Assembly: GCF_039555335.1 (NCBI RefSeq) | Contig: NC_092630.1 | Coordinates: 31,084,769 to 31,148,768 of the forward strand | Reading direction: 5' to 3' | Length of the DNA: 64,000 nucleotides | From: Amphiura filiformis | Taxonomy: Eukaryota | Part shown: in pieces, positions 24,761 to 36,221 of the stretch | Numbering within the stretch: position 1 is the stretch's first letter | Layout of the letters: the number at the start of each line of letters is the position of its first letter | The notes under the pieces: generated by a model | Told to the model about the DNA's origin: nothing | Databases searched by the model: none | Seen by the model: only the letters and a program-made list of their open reading frames with translations | Position numbers and translations under genes: made by a program

Positions 24761-26374
24761 GGCCCATGCCTACAAAAGCACAGTCGGGTCATTCGGAAGT
24801 ATAATAGGCCTGTAATAGGCCTGTAATTATTTAGGCATTGCTTGAAGGCGAGTCCTCGTCCCAAAAGAATGTGAAAATTAGTACTGCGGGCCCATCAATG
24901 TGCAGGGCCTGTCACATTTTTTCACCCAAGTCAGTAATTAAGACGGACTCACTGATGCTCAACTTCAACATGAGCTAGTCATGCATGCTTTAGTAATTGC
25001 GAGTCTCACGTCTTATAGGCCTCAGTCACAGTGGACCAGTGTAACATTTAAAATTTTGCAAATTGACTTCGGGCCCTTGTTTGTTGTTGAAAGCAATAAT
25101 ATAAATAGTGTAATAATGATGCACCAAAATGGCTTCAATTCGACCTTCATCATTGCCCCCTCACTTCTGAGGGGGCAACATGCCCTCAACCCCCCCCTAT
25201 GTAGGGCCTATGGATAAACAACTCAGTGGCCGTTTTCGCTACTGTATTAGACACTTGTATGTTTTAGGCAATAACTTAATAATTAGACGTACAGTAATAG
25301 TAAATAATGTACCATTTTTCTAACTAAAATATATACACAATAATAGTGTCAAAATAATTTATACAATAACAGTGAAAACTTGACCATGAATTGGGCCTTC
25401 ATTTCACAAATTTTCGACTTTTTCAAACTAAAATTTTACATAATAATAGTGCCAAAATGGCCCACCAAATGGCTTCAATTAGGTCTTCATTTTGTAAAAG
25501 TTTCTCACTTCTGAGGGGGGCACCCCTCAGACACCCCTTGCGTCACGAATGCGCTCCGGGATGTCCGCTTTGCGGACATTTAGTATTTCACAATTATCTA
25601 CTTTGCGCCCCCAGTCTACGAATTCATGGATACGTGCCTGCCATCAGTGCATGATGCACGCAACTGCCTCTTCAGCGCATGGACAAATAGCCCTTCTACG
25701 CGTGTATATATGTCCCCATAGGATTAGTTTAGTTCACGCAATCCAAAACTAGATTACCAATGCGAAATCCAACATGACGCTATTCTGATCTTGAGACGAT
25801 ACACACTATACAGCAAGTACAACTGCTACAGTGCTGTACAGTATTTTAAAGGGGTAATTTTTGATCTAAACATCGTCTTTCTAGGGTATGGTTCAATAGA
25901 TATCCACGAAAAAAGCTTATTTCCAAAATTTCAGTTCAGACATTGAATTTGCAACTAACACACAAGTACATAATTTACATTTTACAGTACATTTGTACCC
26001 ACCACCATATGTTGTAATTTCAGGCTGTCAAAAGCCTGAAAATACAAATTGGAAGGTATCTTTCTTTGTCACATAACCGAATCTGCAAGAAAGTTTATGC
26101 ACACTATTAAGGTCGGCGTTGGCACTGTCTTTTGATGTCGACATGTCAACATATTTTGTATCTCCACATCGACAGTGTGTTGACGCGATGTAAGTGTGTT
26201 AGTGTCATAGACCAGACAGGGAAGTCCTCTTTTGGTCTAGATGCACTAGCGCCCTCGCCTCAACGTTTTAACCACAAGGTCCGAGCCCAGGCAGGACCGG
26301 AAGTGATACTTTGATGAGCGGTTTGCGACAGAAATGGTGAAAGGACCTGATTGTCTACACTTTGTCCTGTCCAC

Positions 26375-26625
26375 TGTTTCATCACTTTCATGCATACTTC
26401 CCGGGGGGTAAAATTTCCAAACGGCTCGCCAAAAATAGTTTGTCCCCCCTCTCGCCCACCAAAAATCGCTTGCCCCCCCTCTTGTCCTGCCAAAAATCTT
26501 TGCCCCCCCCTTGCACATGCCAAAATGGCTTGCCCCCCCCCCCTTCGGATCGCCAAAAATGTCTTCCCCCCAATTTTACCCTCTCTCAGGGCTCATAATT
26601 ATTGCACAGCCCCTAATGAAATCCT
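26375..26625. mobile_element. Family 5 MITE with internal (GCCAAAAAT..TTGCCCCCCC)n sub-repeats
   Basis: Ends gggggtaaaattt / aattttaccc. Copies at 41695-42015 and 50920-51370. Confidence 0.6.
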
Positions 26626-27526
26626 ATTTATAGGTGGCCAATTTTATTATAACGAGCTTTGCTCACATTTGTTTTCCTACCAATGAATTGTTTTGTACAT
26701 TTATCATGAACATTGAACATTGAATTGTCGGGACATGGGTTATACTCAAATGCAGCAAACCTTTGACGAGCGCGACTTCCGTGATGTTGCAAATTCGGCG
26801 CTAACAATGCGTACGGCGCACAGTTCATTCATAAATTTCCACTCAGCAACAACATATCGCCTTAGCAGCCAATCAGAGACAAGTGCGTGTAACGCAGTAA
26901 ATATGCGATGTATCCTTACAATACGCGCTCGTCAAAGGTTTACTGCATTTTAGTTTAGTGGCCTGGATTGAGCCTTATCTGCTTCAAGTGCTTGATTAAA
27001 ATTAAAGTTTAACCGACTCTTTTAAGCTTACCTGATTTTGGCGACTTAGTCTGGATTATGAAAGCTACCTAGTACTTCTATGTTTGCTTTGAAGAGAACT
27101 GCGTTATTTTATGAAACAGTGAAGTTATTTAGTGGTATGAAAAACCTGAAAAAGGTAAACAAAATCCAGCAAACATGTAAACGTCAAATCAATCAATCAG
27201 CTGGGACATTGCAACACAGTGAAGGGGACGGGCTTTGCATAGCACTGACCTCCAACCTGCGCTGCGGATGTAATTTGCCACCAAATAACAACATAACAAT
27301 AGTTTCCGCTCGGCTAGTTCCGTTGTAAAAACGTCCCTGAGATTTTTAGAATCATGACTGTAAGTAATTATGGTATTATGTTTTAAACTCACTAACTCAC
27401 TTTAACTGCATCTAGTTTCGTGTAGTGATCAAGTCACAGGCTTAAATGTTTGCGTAATTATCATGATTGATAAGCTTACCGCCGGGTAAGCTTACTATAT
27501 TATTCTATACTAAATGTTGCCTCAAA

Positions 27527-27810
27527 AGTTATGTATATTATAGGGGTAAGGAATCCAGTTACTACACTTGAATTCCAGTGACTCAAGACAAGCGGTATGT
27601 TATTTATGATAAGAAAAGAGGTACCGCTAGAATGTACCTCATTTCTTAACATATATAAATGAACCCCTTGTCTTGAATCACTGAAATTTCAGTGAAGTAA
27701 TTGGAGTCCTTACCCCTATAATATACATAACTTTTGTTACCAGTGTGTAGTTACTTTTTGAGAAAAATGCAAAATTAGTCAAAAAATTTATCAGGGGGTG
27801 TAGTACCACC
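27527..27810. mobile_element. Family 2 MITE, 5'-truncated copy
   Basis: Matches the internal and right-TIR sequence of 47103-47465. Confidence 0.5.
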
Positions 27811-28744
27811 TTAAGTAGTCAGTAATTGTTTTAGTTGTACAAATTCAACATTCAAAGCTGTCAATACATCATACCCTCACTAGATTTGAAAAAAGTAACC
27901 AGTAGTTTTGACATGCTGACATGTGAATTTTCACATATAGGCCCTATTGCACACTCCCGCATCCGCCTGCTCCACATCCGCCTGCTCCTCCACCCCTGGC
28001 ATTTTTCGTTTCAACTGATGTGATTTTTTTATTGAATAATGCATAATTATATGCTTCAGTAGACTGAAAGAGTATAAAATTAGGCTTAAAATGAGGTATC
28101 AACCACTGCTGTAGGATATGGGGTTATGGAAAGCCAATCAAATTTGTAACGCAATTTTCCGAAAAATGTAATCCCTCCACCCTTTTTGCATACCCAACTT
28201 ATGACATGCGACCGTGTAAGCTTGCAATACATTTTCTGCATCAGAAAAGCTACTAGAACGTCTCGGGACCCTTTTATAACGTTTGTAAACTTGTCTCTAA
28301 TAAACGCCTGTTAGGAAAAAATTAGGCAAACCATGTAAAAATAAGCACCCACCAGCAAATTAGTAAAAACTGTCGGATGGGCATGAAACTTGGTGGGTAC
28401 AGTCTACATTTAGAGCCAAATTTTTGGAAGGTCATTTCGGGGTCACCAGGTGTCATCTGAGGTACAAGTTTACTGAACGCCCAGCCAGGGGGATCGCGTG
28501 GTTCGAGAACCACCTATTTTTTATGGTTAATTTCACCCTTTCCTTGACATTCTCGTTTTAAGAGAAAGACTGACCTTTCGCTTGATACTACAGTCTACAT
28601 GAAAAAACTTACACTGAGTCACTGACCAGTATCTTAACTTTTACTTGCATCATCCAGAATCAGCCAAACGCTCAGTACTGCGATCACTGTATCAAAGAGC
28701 TGACAATGTATCGTCGAACATTGAAAACAGACAACATGAAAACG

Positions 28745-28975
28745 AGTGTTAACATTTTATAGTTTATAGTTGTAGTTGTAGTTTATAGTTGTACATGTAG
28801 TTATAGTTGTAGTTGTAGTTATAGTTGGAATTATAGTTAAGTTAATAGTTGTAGTTGTAATTATAGTTGAGTTTATAGTTGTAGTTGTAATTATAGTTGA
28901 GTTTATAGTTGCAGTTGGAATTATAGTTGAGTTTATAGTTGTAGTTGGAATTATAGTTAAGTTTATAGTTGGCTA
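28745..28975. repeat. Minisatellite (atagttgtagtt-type units, about 12 bp)
   Basis: An inverted copy of the same minisatellite lies at 34085-34290. Confidence 0.85.
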
Positions 28976-28979
28976 GATC

Positions 28980-29720
28980 GAGTTATATAACTTAAGACAT
29001 TCTCTGTACCATTGTTGAAATTATGCCATAGCTTCCCATAATGCATTGTTGAAACTATATGCTATACCTATACTCTGTAGCGGAATGTCTTCCCATAATG
29101 CATTGCTGTAGATTGTATTGGAATGCTTTCCCATAATGCATTGTTGGAATTCTTGCCCATAATGCATTTTTAAAACCATGTTATTGTCATGTTAAATAGG
29201 CCTACATGCATCAGCTGTACCGCTGTACCTTATATTCCCATACAAAGTATTGATGAAATGCCATAGCTTCCCATAATGCATTGTTGATACTATGCTATAC
29301 CTGTAGTCAAATGCCATAATGCATTCCGTACCCTGTACTGGAATGCTTTCCCATAATGCATTGTTGAAACTATATGCTATACCTATACTCATAATGCATT
29401 GCTGTAGATTGTATTTGAACGCTTTCCCATAATGCATTGTTGGAACTCTTGCCGATAATGCATTGTTGGAACTCTTGCCCATAATGCATTTTTAAAACCA
29501 TGTTATTGTCATTTTAAATACATGTACACTATGTATTCTTCCCAGAATGCACCAGCTGTACCTTATATTCCCATACAAAGTATTGATGAAATTATGCCAT
29601 AATGCATTGTTGATACTATGCTATACCTGTAGTCAAATGCCTTCCATAATGCATTCCATACCCTGTACTGGAATGCCTTCCCATAATGCATTGCTGTACC
29701 CTCTATTCGAATCTCTTGTT
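28980..29720. repeat. Complex minisatellite built on cccataatgcattg(t/c)tg motifs
   Basis: More than 12 motif occurrences at irregular 50-100 bp spacing. Confidence 0.8.
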
Positions 29721-29934
29721 GAAATGATAAGTCACAATACATCAATACATCCTGGTAATATAGATTGTGAAATTTGGTGAAAAAAAACACCTCATTGTCA
29801 TTTTATGGTCATGCGGTCGAAATGCCATAGATTGTTGCAGAATTTTGGGAAAGACCAAAGAAATGAGACAAAAATCCTGGATTGTACAGGGCAAAATATC
29901 CTTCTCCATCAGCATGTTGGTCGTGTATGTGAAT

Positions 29935-30185
29935 CAATCATAGGCATAGATCAGGGGGGGTGTCTCCCAATATTTTGGCAGGGGGATGGTCCATACAACG
30001 CCCCCACCCCCCAATGTTGACGCCTGTATGTGGGTTTCTGACCAAATTAACCTTCTATTGGCCATTTTAGCCCCGAATTTATTCCCCTTTTGCATCATAT
30101 TCCATCAGTTTAGCTTCAATATGGCAAAAAATTTTGCGCACATTTGTAAGTTGTCCACTTGTGTCGTCGCCATATACTATTACTA
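29935..30185. repeat. About 250-bp repeat whose inverted partner lies at 35700-36010
   Basis: ccaatattttggcagggggatggtccatacaa...ccccaatgttgacgcctgtatgtgggtttctgaccaaattaacc is the reverse complement of 35780-35995. Confidence 0.7.
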
Positions 30186-30591
30186 GTATCTTGATGTAAA
30201 TGTGAAGATCCTTACTACAGGACCGCAACTGATGAAATGCCGTCCTTTGATACCTGTATACCATGTATACAGGTCCAACCAACCAATTATAACAATTAGC
30301 CTCAATCCCTTTGGCATTGTTCATAATTCTGCTTTTTTTTTAATATGATGAAGCCCTTCCTGGGTTCACTGTGAAATGTTACATGAGTCCTTTTTGTCAA
30401 GGTAAACAAAGATACTAAAACTGGGGTCCTGGGAGTTCTATAACTTCATGCTTGAGACACACAGTGAGGGGTCAATGTGTTGATGATGTTAATGCAGGCG
30501 TCAAAGGGAATTTTGAACCTACCCTCCTCAAGCCCTTCACCTTGATTCACTCTTCAAAAATTATTCACCTGATCTGTGAGTGCTGCTTCTA

Positions 30592-30925
30592 AGGGGCGCA
30601 CCATTAGATTTCCAGGGGGGGGCATGGGAGTTTTTGAAAAAAAGAAAACTTCACCCACTAGTGAGACGAAAAAAAACAACTTTGCCCACTAGTGAGACGA
30701 AAAAAAAAAAAAAATTTTGCCTCACTGATAAGTAAAAAAAAAAATTCCCCACCCAACTTTGTATAAAAATTTAATAAAATTGAAAAAAAAAAAATACTTT
30801 CGCCGCCAAAGGCGGCAAAAAAAAATAAAATTGGGTGCTCTCGGATGAAAAAAAAAAAATTCTGCCTGACCCAAACTCCAATGCCCCCCCTGAGAATCTA
30901 ATGGTGCATCCCTAAGGGACCGTTC
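30592..30925. mobile_element. MITE (TIR ggggcgcaccattagatttccagggggggcatgggagttt), rich in A-runs
   Basis: 30592-30632 is the reverse complement of 30885-30925. Confidence 0.6.
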
Positions 30926-32489
30926 ACAAACACTTGTAAGGGGGGGCCTGATGCAAAAAGGGGGGCCCTGAAAATTGTTGACCATCCTAAGATTCACCGC
31001 ATCTTACAACTCATTGGGTCACAAGATTCACCCCATGGTTTTGTCCAGCAAGGTAAAGATTAGATGACTTTTCACCAACGACATGGTGAAGTCTTGAGGA
31101 TGGTAGAGTCAAGATTCCCTTTGACGCTTGCATAAGCAGGAAATGAAAGCCTCTGGGTGGTCAAATCATGGCCAAAACAGCAACACATTATGCAATTTAT
31201 AGATAGCTCATGTCACTTCATGACTTAAATTAATTTTTATAGCATGATCCTTCATCAATTCAAAGACCCAGAAGAGCAGAGGCATACCAGCATCAGCAGT
31301 AATGGGGAGTGGGAGAGGCTGGTCCCGGGGGGGGCACTCAACACAAATGACCATATGGATATGCTCCCGGAGAGACCCCTTTTGGATTTCGCAGCTCGAA
31401 AGACCCCCTATATTTGACCAAAATAGAACTCCGAAAGACCCTTGATTTTGATAATTTCAGCTCTGAAAGGTTTTTTTCAGGCGATTTTCAACCAGAAAGC
31501 CTAGATAGACCCTTGATTTGGACTGTTCGCAGCTCCAAAAGTCCCTGTTTTACTTGTTCGCAGCTCCAAAAGAACCCCTTTTATCGGTACACAGTCAGCT
31601 CCCAAAGACCCACCACCTCAAAATTTCGGGGGAGCATACCCACCAAATTTTTTTGATGTGCCCCCCCCCCCTGGGGGCTGGTCGATATTGCCTCGGCTCA
31701 AAATACTGGGACAAAATTGACCAAAAGTATCTTCTTTTGGCCTGGTTAGACCACAATTTTTAAACATTCTAATTTTGACCCAAAATTTCTCAGTGAATAT
31801 CAACAATATTTTAGTAGAGGGACAGCAGGAAGATTTGGAAATTTTGCATCTCTAGGCCCTTCTTAATTCTCCCACTCCTGTAGAAGAGTTTATACGCTGT
31901 CTTTTGAAGGCGAAAATAAATAGGGTTCTATGTACAGGCCTGTCAGTGGTTTTACTTTTGGCTCCATCACCCAAACACCACTCATTTTGGACTGTGCACT
32001 AATTATGAGCTGTGGGGATTTGGCACTTTAAAAGAGGGGGCAGTACCCCGGGCAGTACAGAAATGTGTGCAAAATGTCATGCTTGCTATGCTCGCAAATA
32101 AACTATTTAGGGACCGTTCACAAACACTTGTAAGGGGGGGCTGATGCAAAAAAAGGGGCACCATTATGTATCATTGGCCCCTGGGCACCACAACCCCTGA
32201 ACTACACCATTGCACCACTGAACACTAATTAAACTAATAGAGTGCATTTTGCACTAATTATGTTATGCTAAAATGGTACTAAATGGTACAATTGTTTTTA
32301 AGTACGGCATTGTTACACCCACCCCACTATCATGACTATTTTTAGCAGTATAGGCATGGTAGGTGATCAGATCTATACCAAGTCACAGCACAGATCCTGG
32401 AATTCATTTCCAGGGTCTGTTTTCAAAACTACTAATCATGCTAATAGTCTCCCACAGTGAAAACATTTAATATGGCCATAAAACTAACT

Positions 32490-33690
32490 AGACTTAGCTG
32501 TGGTCTAAGACCACGAACACAGCCGTGGTGTGACCCCTTAATGACCTTTGACTCCAAAATTTCAGAACACTCCATAGACATCGGCTAATCTCAATGCACG
32601 TTTGCACGTGGCATCACTCTGCTATGTTATTTGTGCCAGAAGAGGCATTTAGAAGGAATTTCGTTTTTAGACCGGAAGTGACCCTAAATGACCTTTGATC
32701 CCAAATAAAAAATACCAGAGATACACTGGATAACCACAATTCATGTGTGAACATACCGTTACTGTCGTAATTATTTCGTTTTATACCGGAAGTGACCCTT
32801 TAATGACCTTTGACCCCAAATCTGTGTACACCCCGTAGACACTGGGTAATGACAATGCATGTGTGCAAGTGGCGTCACTGTCCTACGTAATATGTGGGAG
32901 AAGATGCATTTTAAAGGTATTTCGTTTTATACCGGAAGTGACGCCTTAATGACCTATCACCCAAAATTTAAAAAACCACATATACACTGGGTAACCACAA
33001 TTAATGTGTGAACATACCGTTACTGTCCTATGTTTGGTTTGTGTAATAAAAATTTTTGAAGGTATTTCGTTTTATACCGGAAGTGACCCCTTAATGACCT
33101 TTGACCCCAAATAAAAAATACCACATATACACTAGGTAACCACAATTCATGTGTGAACATACCATTACTGTACTATGTTTTGTTTGGCTAATAAAATTTT
33201 TTGAAGGTATTTCGTTTTATACCGGAAGTGACCCCTAAATGACCTTTGACCCCAAATTTGTGTACACCCCATAGACACTAGGTAATGACAATGCATGTGT
33301 GCAAGTGGCGTCACTGTCCTACGTAATTTGTGGGAGAAGATGCATTTTAAAGGTTTTTCGTTTTATACCGGAAGTGACCCCTTAATGACCTTTGACCCAA
33401 AATAAAAAAATACCACATATAAACTGGATAACCGCAATTCATGTGTGAACATACCGTTACTGTCCTTTGTTTTGTTTAGCTAATAAAATTTTTTGAATGT
33501 ATTTCGTTTTATACCGGAAGTGACCCTTTAGTGACCTTTGACCCCAAATCTGTGTACACCACATAGACACTGGGTAGTAACAATGCATGTGTGCTAGTGG
33601 CGTCGCTATCCTACGTAAGTTGTGGGAGAAGATGCATTTTTAGTTGAAATCATGTTTTTGACCCCTATGACCCCTGCGTGACCTTTGACC
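32490..33690. repeat. About 146-bp tandem repeat of roughly 8 units with two alternating sub-types (accggaagtgaccc...aatgacctttgacccc)
   Basis: cggaagtgacc recurs at 32674, 32779, 32931, 33077, 33222, 33369 and 33515. Confidence 0.85.
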
Positions 33691-34084
33691 CCATAAGTTT
33701 CACGTGACATGTAGGGGCACGGTCAATGATCATTGTGACCAAGTTAGGTCAAAATCGATGTAAGCATGTGAGTGCTAGAGCAAATGTAAAGGTTGACAGA
33801 AGAAAGAAGAAGAAGAAGAAGAAGAAGAAGAAAGAACCTGTAAGAAAAAAGACACAGCCGTGACTAACGTCACGGCTGTGTAATTCCCCTTTGTTGTGCC
33901 CTCAAGTAATTTACCCAGGTCTTCCAGAAAAAAAGAGTATCTGATGTTGGAGTATAGTCTAAGAAGATTTAAATCTCTAGACCTAGGTTTTGAATTTACT
34001 AGGTTTAATACCTGATCATCATGAAAGATTTCTTACTTCTGTGATCATATGTAGCATAAGTTAAATATTCAACCCTAACTCTAA

Positions 34085-34290
34085 AAGCTTCTAAACCTAC
34101 AACTACTATATTAAAAGTAACTATAAACTCAACTATAACTCTAGACTCAACTATAACTCTCTAATTATAACTCTCAATCCAGCTACAATTCTAACCACAA
34201 CTATAAATGCAACTATAATCCAACTACAATTATAAATGATTATAAAAATGTGATTACAACTATAACTACAACTATAATTACAATGTCAAT
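34085..34290. repeat. Minisatellite, reverse-complement orientation of 28745-28975
   Basis: aactataaactcaactataactc... is the reverse complement of gagttatagttgagtttatagtt. Confidence 0.85.
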
Positions 34291-34932
34291 GATAAAAATA
34301 CATTTACTCCATGAAAACACTCACATCCAACAAGTTTTGAAGCTCAACAAGTACCCTTCTAAATTTGTTCATGACTTATCATCCAGGACTGACACGCTTG
34401 ATGAACCTAGGCCTAAATGCGACTGTCATCTTGCTGTACGTACATGTAGCTGGGACCTCTGAAGCTATACACAAAGTTCTTCAGTAGAAAAACCTTTGTG
34501 TTCACTTCAAAATGACCAATACCCTAAAATAGCAACTTATACACCAAAAGAACCCTATTTCCAAGGATCTCCAGCCAGGAGCTATCTATTCTATACCTTG
34601 TGGGTCTGTTGGTGAAACTGGCAGAACTTTGAAGAAGAGAACTGGCGAACACCAAAGAGACACTGATTCTGGCAACACACAAAAATCAGCAGTTGCTGAA
34701 CAATAGTGAGCATGCATGGCAAAACCAACTCGGCATTGACTGGGACATCCATGGGCGTACATGTAAATCCCAGGGGGACGTGTCCCTCACCCACCTTTCG
34801 CCAAAATTACCCATTTTCTGTTCTTTTCAGCCACTTTTTGACAATTCGGGCCAAATGTTCCCCCCCACACATTTCAAGCCGGATTAGCGCTAATGGACTG
34901 GGACAATACAATGTACCAAGATTTTGAACTTG

Positions 34933-35591
34933 ACTTAAGGGATGGGGTATGAACGTTTGGACAGTATTTATTGTGGGACATTAGAGCACATGAGACATAT
35001 CGAATCACATTCTGAATGTATACGAAGAATGTCCTTTTGATATCAAATAATTTTGATTTTTGAAATTAGCATTTTATGGCAAATGATTAAAATTGATATT
35101 TTTGATATTTAACAGTACTCGAAGTAAACTTTATAAATCTGATGATTTATACTTAAAGTGTATGTAGGTGGGATGAAAAGCCGACGATCAATTGAAAATT
35201 TTGACCTTTCATTATTGAAGATATGGATTTTTCCCCAAAACACCAAAAAAAAATAGGTCTTTTTGGGAAAAAAATCCATATCTTCAATATGAAAGGTCAA
35301 AATTTTCAATTGATCGTCGGCTTTTCCTCCCAGGTACATACACTTTAAGAATATATCTAGATTTACAAAATTTACTTCGAGGACTGTTATATATCAAAAA
35401 TGTGAAAAATATCAAATTTTAATAATTTGTCATAAAATTTGTATTATATCGTGAAATTCAAAAATGAAAATTATTTGATATCAGAAAGACATTCTTCGTA
35501 TTCAGAATGCAATTCGACACGTCTGAGGTGCTCTCATGTCCCACAAAAAATACTGTCTAAACGCTCAAAACGCTCATTCCAGATCCCTTAA
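34933..35591. mobile_element. Family 3 foldback element (ttaagggatggggtatgaacgtttggacag...), TTAA at both ends, inner hairpin at 35150-35345
   Basis: Near-perfect palindrome with two nested levels. Confidence 0.8.
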
Positions 35592-35699
35592 TGGAAGTTA
35601 ATGGAATCTTGACATATATCCATTCTACTCCAGACAATTTCAATAGGGACAAAGGAGTGGACATTCCTCCTGAGTAGAATAGATTATTCAAAAGGACCT

Positions 35700-36010
35700 C
35701 TGACCAAGTTCAGTGGCGTAGATTTCTTTTTGACATTGGTGGGGGATGAGGTTGGAAAAAATTCTTGAAGTATAGTGAATCTGTCACCTTTTGGCAACCA
35801 AATAGCTTTATGGTACAAATGCGTGAGAAGCTCGTGAACAAAATTGTGTTATATTGAAGCTAAAATGATGAAATATGGTACAAAATGGCCATGAGGTTAA
35901 TTTGGTCAGAGACCCACATACAGGCATCAACATTTGGGGTGGGGAATGATTGTATGGACCATCCCCCTGGCAAAATATTGGGGTGATTTATCCTCCAACC
36001 CCCCCCTCTA
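35700..36010. repeat. Inverted partner of 29935-30185, ending 8 bp before the NEIL2-like ORF
   Basis: See 29935-30185. Confidence 0.7.
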
Positions 36011-36221
36011 GATTGAAATGGTCTTCCATTCTACATTTGCAGTTTTAGGGCACCACTATACAAATTTATGCAAAGGTTCTTTGTGCACTGTTTTTAGATT
36101 TCAAATAAACTTAACACCTTCTTTATTATCATTTTCAGAAATATATATATTTGGAGCTTGCCACCAGTCAACCACATTGTATCAGAATTTGAACATCAGA
36201 AACAACATCTATCTCCTCACG

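Noticed and set aside
26246-26686. Overlapping ORFs encoding GGKxFW or PPxxxxCPP repeats
   Set aside because: They are translations, on both strands, of the family 5 MITE sub-repeats (GCCAAAAAT/TTGCCCCCC).
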